Assembly (NCBI GenBank): GCA_017615795.1
Contig: JAFZZK010000029.1
Span: forward strand, 7,519-71,518
DNA length: 64,000 nt
Direction of reading: 5' to 3'
Source of the DNA: Bacteroidales bacterium
GTDB taxonomy: Bacteria > Bacteroidota > Bacteroidia > Bacteroidales > WCHB1-69
The position numbers and the translations under genes were made by a program. Under the pieces are notes generated by a model. The model searched no databases and was not told the origin of the DNA. It worked only from the letters and a program-made list of their open reading frames with translations. How positions within the stretch are numbered: the first letter of the stretch is position 1; the number at the start of each line of letters is the position of its first letter. This document shows positions 29,999 through 40,098 of the stretch, one piece after another.

Positions 29999-32032
29999 AT
30001 GTCCGAGGTAAAACAGGACAAAATTTTTATGTCAGAAGAAATCATCAACAACCCCGAAGAGCAAGCCGCACAGGTTGAGAATCAGGTTGAGAACGTGGTC
30101 GATGCCGCAAATGAGGCCGTTGAAACTGCCGCAGAAGCTGCTGAAACTGTTGCTGAGGTTGCCGAAGTTGCAACAGAAGCTGTTGAAAACGTCGCCGAGG
30201 CTCCCGCAGAAGAGCCCAAGGCCCCGAGACCCCGCAAGATGAGAGAATTTGAAAACGCCTACGGCTCTCTTGAGAATTTCGATTGGAATAAGATCGACAC
30301 GGAGGAATCCAGATATTCTGCCGATGAGAAAGCTCGCCTGGAGGATCTTTACACCAAGTCCTTCAAGTCCATCGACGAGAACGCCGTTATCATGGGTAAA
30401 GTCGTTTCCATCAACTCCCGCGAAGTGGTCGTCAACATTGGCTTCAAGTCCGACGGCGTCATCAATGCTTCCGAACTTCGCTACAACCCCGACCTTAAGA
30501 TCGGCGACGAAATCGAAGTCTATGTGGAAAGCCAGGAAGATGCCAACGGCCAACTTCAACTTTCCCACAAACGCGCCCTCATCCTCAAGTCTTGGCAGCG
30601 CGTCAACGAAGCCTACGACAACCAGGAGATCATCACCGGTTACGTCAAGGGCAAGACCAAAGGCGGTCTCATCGTCGACATCTTCGGCATCGAGGCTTTC
30701 TTGCCGGGTTCCCAGATCGACGTCAAACCCATTCGCGACTACGACGTGTATGTTGACAAGACCATGGAATTCAAGGTTGTCAAGATCAACCACGAGTACA
30801 AGAATGTCGTGGTCTCCCACAAGGCTCTCATCGAAGCTGAGCTCGAAGCCCAAAAGGACGAGATTATCAGCAAGCTCGAAAAGGGTCAGATCATCGAAGG
30901 TACCGTCAAGAACATCGTTTCTTACGGCGCATTTGTCGACTTGGGCGGTGTGGACGGACTTATCCACATCACCGACCTGTCTTGGGGTCGTATCACCAAC
31001 CCCGAAGAGGTCGTCCAACTCGACCAGAAAATCAACGTCGTCATCTTGGGATTCGACGAGGGCAAAAAGCGCATCGCGTTGGGTCTCAAACAACTCACCC
31101 CGCATCCTTGGGACAAGCTCGACCCGAATTTGCAGGTTGGCGACAAGGTGAAGGGCAAAGTTGTTGTGGTCAACGACTACGGCGCTTTCGTGGAAATCAT
31201 CCCGGGCGTGGAAGGTCTTATCCACGTTTCAGAAATGTCTTGGTCCCAGCACTTACGCACTGCCAAGTATTTCTACAAGGAAGGCGACGAAGTCGAAGCC
31301 GTCATCCTTACCCTCAACCGCGAAGAGCGTAAGATGTCCCTCGGCGTCAAGCAACTCAAACCGGATCCTTGGATTGACATTCTCACCAAGTATCCTGTTG
31401 GCTCCAAGCACACGGCTATCGTTCGTAATTTCACCAACTTCGGTATTTTCGTTGAACTCGAAGAGGGCGTGGATGGCTTGATTCACATCTCTGACCTCTC
31501 TTGGTCCAAGAAAATCAAACATCCGTCTGAATTCACCAAGACTGATGCTGAAATCGAAGTGGTGGTCCTGGAAGTCGACATCGAGAACCGTCGTCTCAGT
31601 TTGGGTCACAAGCAACTCGAGGAGAATCCCTGGGATGTATACGAAACCGTCTTCACCGTCGGTTCTGTTCACCAAGGTACTATCACCTCTATCAACGACA
31701 AGGGCGCGGTTGTTGCCCTGCCGTACAACATCGAGGGCTTTGCTTTCAACCGCAACTTGCTGAAGGAAGACAAATCCACCGCTAAGGTTGGTGAAACATT
31801 GGATTTCATGGTAGTCGATTTTTCCAAGGAAGCCAAGAAGATCCACCTTTCCCACACCAAGACCTGGCAGATGACCAAGGAAGACGAAGAGCGCATGAAA
31901 GAAGAGAGCGCCCGCAAGCAAGCCAAGGAAATCGCCAAGGTTAACGAAAGCAATGTGGAAAAAGCCACCCTGGGTGACCTTGACGTTCTTCAATCCCTCA
32001 AGGAAAACCTCGAAAAGGAAGAGCTTAATTAA
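29999..32032 (+). CDS. rpsA: 30S ribosomal protein S1
   Basis: Repeated S1 domains (AFLPGSQID, GLIHITDLSW, GLIHVSEMSW, GLIHISDLSW); strong codon bias. The start could be 30029. Confidence 0.96.
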   Translation: MSEVKQDKIFMSEEIINNPEEQAAQVENQVENVVDAANEAVETAAEAAETVAEVAEVATEAVENVAEAPAEEPKAPRPRKMREFENAYGSLENFDWNKIDTEESRYSADEKARLEDLYTKSFKSIDENAVIMGKVVSINSREVVVNIGFKSDGVINASELRYNPDLKIGDEIEVYVESQEDANGQLQLSHKRALILKSWQRVNEAYDNQEIITGYVKGKTKGGLIVDIFGIEAFLPGSQIDVKPIRDYDVYVDKTMEFKVVKINHEYKNVVVSHKALIEAELEAQKDEIISKLEKGQIIEGTVKNIVSYGAFVDLGGVDGLIHITDLSWGRITNPEEVVQLDQKINVVILGFDEGKKRIALGLKQLTPHPWDKLDPNLQVGDKVKGKVVVVNDYGAFVEIIPGVEGLIHVSEMSWSQHLRTAKYFYKEGDEVEAVILTLNREERKMSLGVKQLKPDPWIDILTKYPVGSKHTAIVRNFTNFGIFVELEEGVDGLIHISDLSWSKKIKHPSEFTKTDAEIEVVVLEVDIENRRLSLGHKQLEENPWDVYETVFTVGSVHQGTITSINDKGAVVALPYNIEGFAFNRNLLKEDKSTAKVGETLDFMVVDFSKEAKKIHLSHTKTWQMTKEDEERMKEESARKQAKEIAKVNESNVEKATLGDLDVLQSLKENLEKEELN

Positions 32033-32053
32033 TCCAAATGCTAAATAAGTATG

Positions 32054-32085
32054 AAAGGTCGACCGAATGGTCGGCCTTTTTTTTT
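32054..32085 (+). terminator. Intrinsic terminator after rpsA
   Basis: AAAGGTCGACC-GAAT-GGTCGGCCTTT followed by a T-tract. Confidence 0.8.
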
Positions 32086-32111
32086 ATTTTCGCGCCGCAA
32101 AAAAAATGGAG

Positions 32112-32894
32112 ATGAAAAAACTCTTTTTGATATATATATCGTTGATAATAAGTTGTATGGCCTTTATGGTCCCTGCATCGGCCCAGCGTTTTATAGGCTA
32201 TGTCGCGGCAGGAGCCAACTTCGCTCAAGTGGAAGGCGACGACCAACATGGCTTCACCAAAGTGGGTGTCAACGCAGGATTGGGGCTGAAACTTCCCTTG
32301 AACCGCAAGCAGAATATGTCCTTGCTGCTGGAACTGCTTTATTCCCAAAAAGGTTCCTACCATAAGGCGGTACCCAACAATTTCTTCGATACCATTGTCG
32401 GTGCGCAAATAGACCCCACGGTGCCATTCAAGAGAATTTTCTACCGCATCACGTTGGACTATGTCGAGGTGCCGCTGATGTTCCGCTATGAAGATTTCCG
32501 GTCGGGCTTGTCCATCAGTGCAGGCATTGCCTGGAGCCGCCTCGTCCGTGCCCGCGAGATATACAAGGGATATACCTATACGACGAACCTCAGGTCGGGC
32601 ACCTACAAAAAAAACGACTGGTCAGGGTTGATAGATGTCGATATTCGTCTCTATAAGAACCTTTCACTTGGAATCCGTTGGGAGATGTCGTTAGTGCCCA
32701 TTCGGGAAATGCAAGTCGGGTTCTATCATAATGGCTCGTATACGGAATGGGAATGGCGAAGGATGCGCAATCATGTTCTGTCGGCGCGCCTTTGCTATTA
32801 TATCAATGAAAAATACGTGAAAAACACCAAGACCAACAACAAAGGGGAACGTATTGGCACCCCGTGGATAAGAGAAATTCCAGACTATGACTAA
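32112..32894 (+). CDS. Small outer-membrane beta-barrel protein (PorT-like family)
   Basis: Signal peptide; GANFAQVEGD, ELLYSQKG and LDYVEVP motifs. Start at 32106 or 32112. Confidence 0.75.
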   Translation: MKKLFLIYISLIISCMAFMVPASAQRFIGYVAAGANFAQVEGDDQHGFTKVGVNAGLGLKLPLNRKQNMSLLLELLYSQKGSYHKAVPNNFFDTIVGAQIDPTVPFKRIFYRITLDYVEVPLMFRYEDFRSGLSISAGIAWSRLVRAREIYKGYTYTTNLRSGTYKKNDWSGLIDVDIRLYKNLSLGIRWEMSLVPIREMQVGFYHNGSYTEWEWRRMRNHVLSARLCYYINEKYVKNTKTNNKGERIGTPWIREIPDYD

Positions 32895-34005
32895 ACATAC
32901 CTATATGGGTCGCATAATGGCGGCCTTGATGCCGTTGGCACTGCTCTTCAGCGCTTGCAACGATACTCCAGACCTTACAGCCGACTACAAGGATATCTCC
33001 ATTGCGTATGGCATCCTCAATATCAATGATCCCATACACTATTTCAAGGTCTACAAAGGCTTCTTGACAGATGAGAATACCATAGTGCAGGCATCCCAGT
33101 GGGAAAATATCTATTACCCTATCGATTCGATAGAGGTTAGGTTTGAAGAATATAATGCACAGGGCATTCGTCAACGCAGTGCGGTGCTCGATACGACTAC
33201 CGCGATAAACAAGGAGTCCGGCTATTTCGCCAACCCGCGCCAGCTCCTTTATTACTCGACATGGACACTTAATCCTCAGTGCAAGTATCGCTTGGTGATT
33301 AAAAACAAGCGGAGCGGCAAGGAAGTCTATGCGGAGACGAATGTGGTGGATAATTGCAAGTTTACGCGTCCGTTGAGCCAAAATCCCTTCAGCTCGGATT
33401 CCCCCACCGATGTCGCCCCTACGTTCCTGGTGGAGGGTGGCGGCGGTTTGTCCACGCGCGACCGCAATGTCGCCATTAGCGACTTCTATATCACATTCCA
33501 TTATATAGAAGTGAACAACAATACACAGCAAGTTGAGCATAAAACCATCAAAAAGAAGATGAATTCAGGTTTTATGATGCCCCAGTCCAACGGAAATATA
33601 ACGTTTGACAAGTTCAAGCCTTCCGATTTGTTGAGCATGATTGCTCAGGGCATGTCTCCCGATAACAGCTTAACACGCTACGTGGATACGGTGGACGGCC
33701 GCCCCTATTTCTGCTTGGAGGTGGATGCATGGCTGGCAAATTCCGAGTTCAACAATTACTACAATATCTCCAACCCCCATGGCGACATCGTGCAGCAGCG
33801 GATGGAGTATACGAACTTTGTTTCCGAAGGAGGCGATGCGTATGGTTTGCTCGCGTCTCGCAATAAATGCAGGATAATCCTGAAATTTGACAATACAACG
33901 GGTCACAACGAGGATTCGCTCGTGAGGGGACACTTCACCAAGAACTTGAATTTCGATTATTATCGAAACTCGCCGGAATTTTTTGAAGTAGTGAATTATA
34001 AATAA
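32887..34005 (+). CDS. Lipoprotein, DUF4249-like
   Basis: Lipobox FSAC; AYGILN near the N-terminus; YTN...GLLASR near the C-terminus. Confidence 0.65.
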   Translation: MTKHTYMGRIMAALMPLALLFSACNDTPDLTADYKDISIAYGILNINDPIHYFKVYKGFLTDENTIVQASQWENIYYPIDSIEVRFEEYNAQGIRQRSAVLDTTTAINKESGYFANPRQLLYYSTWTLNPQCKYRLVIKNKRSGKEVYAETNVVDNCKFTRPLSQNPFSSDSPTDVAPTFLVEGGGGLSTRDRNVAISDFYITFHYIEVNNNTQQVEHKTIKKKMNSGFMMPQSNGNITFDKFKPSDLLSMIAQGMSPDNSLTRYVDTVDGRPYFCLEVDAWLANSEFNNYYNISNPHGDIVQQRMEYTNFVSEGGDAYGLLASRNKCRIILKFDNTTGHNEDSLVRGHFTKNLNFDYYRNSPEFFEVVNYK

Positions 34006-34034
34006 AAAAAAGCACCAGTTGGTGCTTTTTTTTT
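34004..34034. terminator. Bidirectional terminator
   Basis: A8-GCACC-AGTT-GGTGC-T9 between convergent genes. Confidence 0.75.
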
Positions 34035-35628
34035 ATCTCTTGCGGAAAGCAGTGTGCATTTCCACTTTGTTTTGGAACTTCTTCCAATCTTTATGCGAAG
34101 GGTCTGTCCAGACGCATTCAGCCAATGCGCAGATGCGCGGGTAGATCATGTAGTCGGCTTGTTCGGGCGTGTTGATGAACTCCGTCCATAGGTTGCACTG
34201 GCCGCCGAGGATGTGTTGCTTTGCCTTGTCGCTCAGCCCGGCTGGCATGGGGTCGAAGGAATAGGCCTTCTCCAGGGTGATGAGCCCGGTCATGGCAAGC
34301 GGTTCCTTTTCAGGGTCGTCTTGGTAGAAATTGAAGTAGCAGTGCGAGGTGGGACAGCGGATGATGTCGTTGCCATGGTTGGCCGCGATGACAGCGGCCT
34401 TGGGGTCTTGCCAACTCATGATGGTCGACATGTTGACCATGTCCTCAGATACGATGTCATCCCAGATGATGGCTTTCTTGTCGAGTTTTTTCAAGTATTT
34501 TTCGATTTCGTTCATCAACCATTGCTGCAGGGCCATTTCGTCCTTGAGTTGCTTGTCGGCGATGCGTTGCTGGCATTTGGGGCAGACTTGCCAGTTGTCG
34601 TTGAAGGCTTCGTCGCCACCAATGTGGATGTAAGGGTAGGGGAAGAGTTCTGCGACTTCCTGTAGGACATCCTTGTAGAACTCGAGCACGCCGTCGTTGC
34701 CGGCGCACATGATGGCCTTGGGCGGCCAATAGGGGCCGACGGCCACGGTGTAGGGATAATTGTCGCAGGCGAACTGCGGGTAGGCGGCGAGGATGGCGCT
34801 GCAATGGCCTGGGATTTCGATTTCGGGGATGACATCGATGTTGCGGGCGGCAGCGTATGCGATGATTTCACGGACTTGGTCTTTGGTGTAGAATCCGCCA
34901 TACGTCATGGGCTCGTCTGGAAGGACAGGGTGCAGGGTGTCCCATTTGCTGCGCTCTGGACGCCAGGCCCCCTTTTGGGTCAGAGCCGGGTATTTGTCGA
35001 TCTGGATGCGCCAGCCATGGTCGTCTGTCAAGTGCCAATGGAACTTGTTGAGCTTGTAGACGGCCATGCGGTCGAGGTATTTCTTGATATAGTCTGTGTC
35101 AAAAAAGTGGCGCGACACGTCAAGATGTGCTCCGCGGTAAGCGAAGCGCGGACGGTCCTTGATCTTGGCGCACGGGATGGTGGGCTTGCCGCCGTCCGCG
35201 AGAAGAGATCCATAGCTCATCTGCTTGAGCGTCTGGAAGGCATAGAACAGACCTGCGGCACTGTTGGCGCGAGCAACGATGCGCCTGCCCGTAATGGTCA
35301 GTTCGTAGCCCTCATCTCCCAAAGACTTGTCGTTTTTCTGGTTGACCTCGAAGAGGATGCTGTTCTTGCCGGCACTCTCCGCGTCTCCCAAGTTCGGGCG
35401 GAGCTTGAAAAACTTCGTGTACTGCTCTCTGATCGTGTTCTGGATGTCACGTTTATCTTCAGGAAAGTTGCTGAAGCAGAGAAATGTTTCTTCATCTAAT
35501 GAAAAATGTCCCTTCTTGGGCGAGCATTCCAAAGGCTCCGGAATGACTGCAATCGGCTCCATTTTTTGGCAACTGTCTGCAAAAATAAGCGTTAAGAATA
35601 AGATAATGAGTAGGTTAATATGTTTCAT
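34033..35628 (-). CDS. GH20 beta-N-acetylhexosaminidase (lipoprotein)
   Basis: DRPRFAYRG.HLDVSRHF, HWHLTDD.GWR, HIGGDE and LWTE motifs. Confidence 0.95.
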   Translation of the reverse strand: MKHINLLIILFLTLIFADSCQKMEPIAVIPEPLECSPKKGHFSLDEETFLCFSNFPEDKRDIQNTIREQYTKFFKLRPNLGDAESAGKNSILFEVNQKNDKSLGDEGYELTITGRRIVARANSAAGLFYAFQTLKQMSYGSLLADGGKPTIPCAKIKDRPRFAYRGAHLDVSRHFFDTDYIKKYLDRMAVYKLNKFHWHLTDDHGWRIQIDKYPALTQKGAWRPERSKWDTLHPVLPDEPMTYGGFYTKDQVREIIAYAAARNIDVIPEIEIPGHCSAILAAYPQFACDNYPYTVAVGPYWPPKAIMCAGNDGVLEFYKDVLQEVAELFPYPYIHIGGDEAFNDNWQVCPKCQQRIADKQLKDEMALQQWLMNEIEKYLKKLDKKAIIWDDIVSEDMVNMSTIMSWQDPKAAVIAANHGNDIIRCPTSHCYFNFYQDDPEKEPLAMTGLITLEKAYSFDPMPAGLSDKAKQHILGGQCNLWTEFINTPEQADYMIYPRICALAECVWTDPSHKDWKKFQNKVEMHTAFRKR

Positions 35629-35800
35629 AGCAAAGGTGTTTTGAACGGCGAAGATACGAAAAGATATTCAGATACAACGGTTAGCAATTTTTTTTAAAAA
35701 GCGGAAATTCAGCTTTTTTATTGGATATCTTTGCTTCGCTTTTTGGTGTATTATGCAATAAAAGCAGGTTATTAGAGTTTAGAAATAAATTTTTGTGATT

Positions 35801-37594
35801 ATGAAAAGAATATTGTTATTGTTAGCAAGTGTTTTGTTTGTCGTGGCCTCGTTTGCGCAGGCTGACAAGGCTAAGTACTACATTGAGGGCGATTATTCCA
35901 TCAGCCGTAGTGCCGGCGGGAAATTCGTCTATAATCTTTCCAATATCTCCTCCAAAGGCATCTATTTTTCGGTCCCTGACACGCTGCGCGGTGTGGTTGA
36001 GCCGGATGAGTCCATCTCGTTCACTTTCGAGAAGGCCACCACAGATTGCCCGGACGGGTTCAAGGATGGCTTGAAGTTCTGGAAATGGCAGAATAACGGC
36101 AAGAACTACTCCTGGCAGCGCGACAGCGAGGTTAAGGACGCCCAGCAGAACTTCGAGACGGACAAAATCATGGTCGCCATGCTGATATTGGACTGCAGCA
36201 ACTCATTGGGTGATGCCAACTTCGCCAAGCTCAAGAGCAGCGCCATCAAGTTCCTTGATATCTTGTACAACGCCTCGCCCGACGGCAGCGTCCGCATCGG
36301 TATCATTGGTTTCAACACCATGAGCAACACAGACGAGATGGTGCGCGACATCGAGCCGCTCACTTCATCCTCCAAGGACCGTATGATCAAGTTTATCCAG
36401 GGCCTTACCCTCTATAACAACACCTCCCTCTATTATGCCATGCGCAAAGGCTCCGACATGATTTCCGACTATGTATCCTCCCTTTCTGCAGTGGATCGCG
36501 ACAAGTTTGACCATGCCTGCATGGTCTCCTTCACAGACGGCTACGACAACCACTCCAAGGACGAACGCCTTGGCGTTCCTCAACGTGGCCTTGACAACCC
36601 CTATTTCCAATACATTCGCGACAATGTCGTGAATCGTTCTGTCGGCGGCAAGTTCCTCAAAAGCCATGTGATTGCCGTGAAGGGCAACGACGTGTCTGAA
36701 GACAACAAGCTCTATAAGGAGGTGTTCCAAGGCATCTCCTCAGAAGACCCCGTCTTGTTGGATGATTTCTCCCAAGTGGAGGCCCAATTCGAGAAGATGG
36801 CCAACGATCTTATCAAGCGTTGGCAGAACCTGACCTGTTACGTGCCCAGTGCCCACCAAGGTCGTGTGCGCTGGACTATCGGTGACTATACCGATAACAG
36901 CACCGTTACCCAGACTGTGGTGGAAAAGACAAAGGAAATCAAGGAAAAGACGGTCTCTTACACGAAAAAAGCCTTCTTGGGCGTGAATGCCGGCCTCGAC
37001 TTCGAAATTGCCTCCATGAGAAGGTCCTTCACATATGTTGGACTTTGCGCAGGCTTCGACTTTGCCGTTCCTTTGAAAACCAACGATAATGTGGCTGTGG
37101 GCGGCATGCTCTCCCTGAAATGGCCGTTTATCGTGCGTGGACCGTTCCACCTCGGTGCTGGACCGTTGTTCCTCGTGGGTGACTATGAGAACAAAGCCTC
37201 TTTTATGCTCGGCACAGGTGTTGATCTGCGCTTTGGCAACAGGGTGGAGAGACCCAAGAAATTTGATTGGACTGCCCAAAACAAAATGGGAGCCGGTGGC
37301 ACGCTACGACTGGGCTTCACCACCATCAAACATAAACTCTATTTCTTCACTGACCTGACATTAGGTGGATTCGGTACGAAATATACCGATATCAGAGATA
37401 TCCCCACCACACCTGTTTATGATGAAAACGGTGCTGAGGTCCCGATGGATGTTTTAAGACCGCGTTGGGGACATAACGAACATTTCTATTCAGAACCAGG
37501 TGCATCTCCGTCAAATGAGATTCAACAATTCAAATACGAGGATGCTCACCACCTTTATTTCAATTTCTCCTTGAATATAGGTTATCGTTTCTAA
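35801..37594 (+). CDS. Secreted VWA-domain protein with C-terminal beta-barrel
   Basis: Signal peptide; MIDAS DCSNS, T(SLY) and FTDG; C-terminal amphipathic strands ending NIGYRF. Confidence 0.7.
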   Translation: MKRILLLLASVLFVVASFAQADKAKYYIEGDYSISRSAGGKFVYNLSNISSKGIYFSVPDTLRGVVEPDESISFTFEKATTDCPDGFKDGLKFWKWQNNGKNYSWQRDSEVKDAQQNFETDKIMVAMLILDCSNSLGDANFAKLKSSAIKFLDILYNASPDGSVRIGIIGFNTMSNTDEMVRDIEPLTSSSKDRMIKFIQGLTLYNNTSLYYAMRKGSDMISDYVSSLSAVDRDKFDHACMVSFTDGYDNHSKDERLGVPQRGLDNPYFQYIRDNVVNRSVGGKFLKSHVIAVKGNDVSEDNKLYKEVFQGISSEDPVLLDDFSQVEAQFEKMANDLIKRWQNLTCYVPSAHQGRVRWTIGDYTDNSTVTQTVVEKTKEIKEKTVSYTKKAFLGVNAGLDFEIASMRRSFTYVGLCAGFDFAVPLKTNDNVAVGGMLSLKWPFIVRGPFHLGAGPLFLVGDYENKASFMLGTGVDLRFGNRVERPKKFDWTAQNKMGAGGTLRLGFTTIKHKLYFFTDLTLGGFGTKYTDIRDIPTTPVYDENGAEVPMDVLRPRWGHNEHFYSEPGASPSNEIQQFKYEDAHHLYFNFSLNIGYRF

Positions 37595-38739
37595 TCCACG
37601 ATAAAGAGATTTTCGGCAATGCCGTCGGCGAACCAGAGACCTTTTGCGGTGAGTCTCAGTCTGCCGGCGGCATTTTCGTACCATATAGTCGGCACGTTCG
37701 ACTCAAAATGGCGAATGATGTCCTGGACTCGTTTTTCGCCATAGTGCGAGGCGATTTCATCCAGCAGGAGTCCTTTGTGGGTGCGCAGCGACAGCAGGAT
37801 TGTTTCGTTGTAGATGTCGGTGGGGGAGAGCTCTTCACGCTCCTCGCACATCCTGCCGCACTGGATATTTTCTGCGTAATGTTTCAGGTTTGCCGGGTTC
37901 CATTGCCGGGAGTGCCCGTCGAAGGAGTGTGCGGCGGGGCCCAATCCCAAGTATGGCGTGTGGCTCCAGTAGGCGGAGTTGTGGCGCGACTCGAAGTCGG
38001 GCTGGCAGAGGTTGGAGATTTCGTACTGCTCAAACCCTGGGCGTTCGGGTGTTCCGCTTGCGGTTATTTTCTCAATCAGCAAGTCATATTGCCGTGCCGC
38101 CTGTTCATCGTCCACGGGCGCGTGCTTGCCTCCTTGGATTTGCTTGTAGAGCCGGCTGTTCTCTTCCGCCGTGAGGGCATAGCACGAAAGGTGCCGGATG
38201 GGGAGGCTGAAAGCGGTGTCAAGGTCTTGCTCCCATTCGGTGTCGGTGCGTTCCGCGACCCCATAGATGAGGTCTATGGAGATGTTGTCGAAACCGGCCT
38301 GCCGTGCATTGCCTACGGCATCGAGGGCTTGCTGTGCTGTGTGCCGACGTCCCATGAACCGCAATACGTGCTCCTGGAACGACTGTACCCCGATGCTGAG
38401 GCGGTTGATGCCAAGCTCCCGCAGTGTGCTGCAATAATCTTGCGTGAGTTGCTCGGGGTTGGCTTCCAAAGTTATTTCCGTCAGATTGCTTGTGTCGTAA
38501 TAATGTTCCACTTGTCGCAATATTTGCGACAACTCGTCGGCAGTGAGCAGGCTCGGGGTGCCGCCGCCAAAATAGAGAGTTTGTAGGGGGGCATGCGGCA
38601 GATAGTCGCGCCGAATTCTGATTTCATCCAACAGGGTCTTGACATATAATTCCTTGTCGCGGGTGCTCGCCACAGAGTAGAAACCGCAGTAGATGCACTT
38701 GCTCAGGCAAAATGGAACGTGTATATATATGCCGGCCAT
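37591..38739 (-). CDS. hemW: Radical SAM heme chaperone HemW
   Basis: YIHVPFCLSKCIYC, FGGGTPS, YEISN and HNSAYW motifs. Confidence 0.92.
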   Translation of the reverse strand: MAGIYIHVPFCLSKCIYCGFYSVASTRDKELYVKTLLDEIRIRRDYLPHAPLQTLYFGGGTPSLLTADELSQILRQVEHYYDTSNLTEITLEANPEQLTQDYCSTLRELGINRLSIGVQSFQEHVLRFMGRRHTAQQALDAVGNARQAGFDNISIDLIYGVAERTDTEWEQDLDTAFSLPIRHLSCYALTAEENSRLYKQIQGGKHAPVDDEQAARQYDLLIEKITASGTPERPGFEQYEISNLCQPDFESRHNSAYWSHTPYLGLGPAAHSFDGHSRQWNPANLKHYAENIQCGRMCEEREELSPTDIYNETILLSLRTHKGLLLDEIASHYGEKRVQDIIRHFESNVPTIWYENAAGRLRLTAKGLWFADGIAENLFIVD

Positions 38740-38752
38740 ATTGGATCAGGGT

Positions 38753-38783
38753 AAAAAAAAGCACCTATGTGGATAGGTGCTTT
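38753..38783 (-). terminator. Terminator after the AOS-family gene
   Basis: AAAGCACCTAT-GTGG-ATAGGTGCTTT with a U-tract on the minus strand. Confidence 0.7.
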
Positions 38784-38801
38784 GCTATCGGGAGGGTTGG
38801 A

Positions 38802-40067
38802 TTACATCTTGATTAAGGCCATGTCGGGAATGGGCAGGTCATACTCGCCCTTGGCCAAACGGCTCTTGATGTCGCGGAAGGCTTCCAAGGTGCGGTTGAC
38901 GTCTTCTATGCTGTGCGCGGCAGTGGGGATGATGCGGAAAATGAGCATGCCGGCCGGAATGACGGGGTAGGTGACGATAGAACAGAAAATGTTGTAGTTC
39001 TCGCGCAGGTCAACGGCGATGTTGGCGGCCTCGTTAATCTTGCAGGGCAGGAACACGGGGGTAACACAGGCCTCGGCGGGTCCGATGTCATAGCCTAACT
39101 CGCGGAAGCCTTTTTGCAGGCTGCGGGTGATCTCCCAGAGGTGGGCTCTGAGTCTGTCGCCCTCTTCGCTGCGGATGATTTCGAGACGTTTCAGGCAGCC
39201 GACCACGATGGGCATGGGCAGAGACTTGGCATACATTTGGGAGCGCATGTTGTAGCGCAGGAAATTGACGATGGCTTTTTCGGAAGCGACGAAGCCGCCG
39301 ATGGTGGCCATGGACTTGGCGTAGGCGCCGATGTAGATGTCAATGTCGTCCATTACGCCGAAATGCTCGGAGGTGCCTCTGCCGTGCGGGCCCATGCAGC
39401 CGAAGCCGTGGGCATCGTCAATGAGTATGCGGAATTGGTATTTCTTCTTGAGGGCTGCAATTTGGTCAAGTATACCGAGCGCGCCGGTCATGCCGAACAC
39501 ACCTTCGGTGATGAGCAGGACACCGCCGCCTTGCTTGTCTGCAAGTTCGCAGGCGCTGGCAAGGATTTTGTCGCAATCTTCGATGTCGTTGTGGCGGAAT
39601 TTGAAACTTTTACCTATATGAAGACGGATGCCGTCGCGCAGGCATGCGTGGGCCTCGGCATCGTAAACGATGACATCGCGGCGGGTTACCAGGGAGTCGA
39701 TGGTGGACATGATGCCTTGATAGCCGAAATTGAATTCGAAGGCCGCCTCCTTATGCTCGAATTCGGCCAGTTCTCTTTCTAATTGCTCGTGCAGCGCGGT
39801 TTGTCCGGTCATCATGCGGCTGCCCATGGGGTACGCCATGCCCCAGCGCGCGGCGCCTTCCGCATCAGCCTTGCGCACCTCGGGATGGTTGGCCAATCCC
39901 AGGTAGTTGTTGATGCTCCAGCACAACACGTCTTTGCCGTTGAAACGCATGTGGGGGCCGAGCTCGCCCTCTAATTTTGGAAATGCGAAATATCCGTCGA
40001 TTTTTTCACGATATTGTCCAATGGGACCGCCGGATGATTCTTTGACTCTTTCAAAAATGTCCTTCAT
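38802..40067 (-). CDS. PLP alpha-oxoamine synthase, SulA/CapB-type cysteate acyltransferase
   Basis: GGPIGQY..GYFAFPKLEG N-terminus; NNYLGL; DDAHG; PLP Lys251; RSQMYAK281SLP. Confidence 0.75.
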   Translation of the reverse strand: MKDIFERVKESSGGPIGQYREKIDGYFAFPKLEGELGPHMRFNGKDVLCWSINNYLGLANHPEVRKADAEGAARWGMAYPMGSRMMTGQTALHEQLERELAEFEHKEAAFEFNFGYQGIMSTIDSLVTRRDVIVYDAEAHACLRDGIRLHIGKSFKFRHNDIEDCDKILASACELADKQGGGVLLITEGVFGMTGALGILDQIAALKKKYQFRILIDDAHGFGCMGPHGRGTSEHFGVMDDIDIYIGAYAKSMATIGGFVASEKAIVNFLRYNMRSQMYAKSLPMPIVVGCLKRLEIIRSEEGDRLRAHLWEITRSLQKGFRELGYDIGPAEACVTPVFLPCKINEAANIAVDLRENYNIFCSIVTYPVIPAGMLIFRIIPTAAHSIEDVNRTLEAFRDIKSRLAKGEYDLPIPDMALIKM

Positions 40068-40098
40068 AGTAGTATTGTTGGGTTAAGTATTTTCGGAT

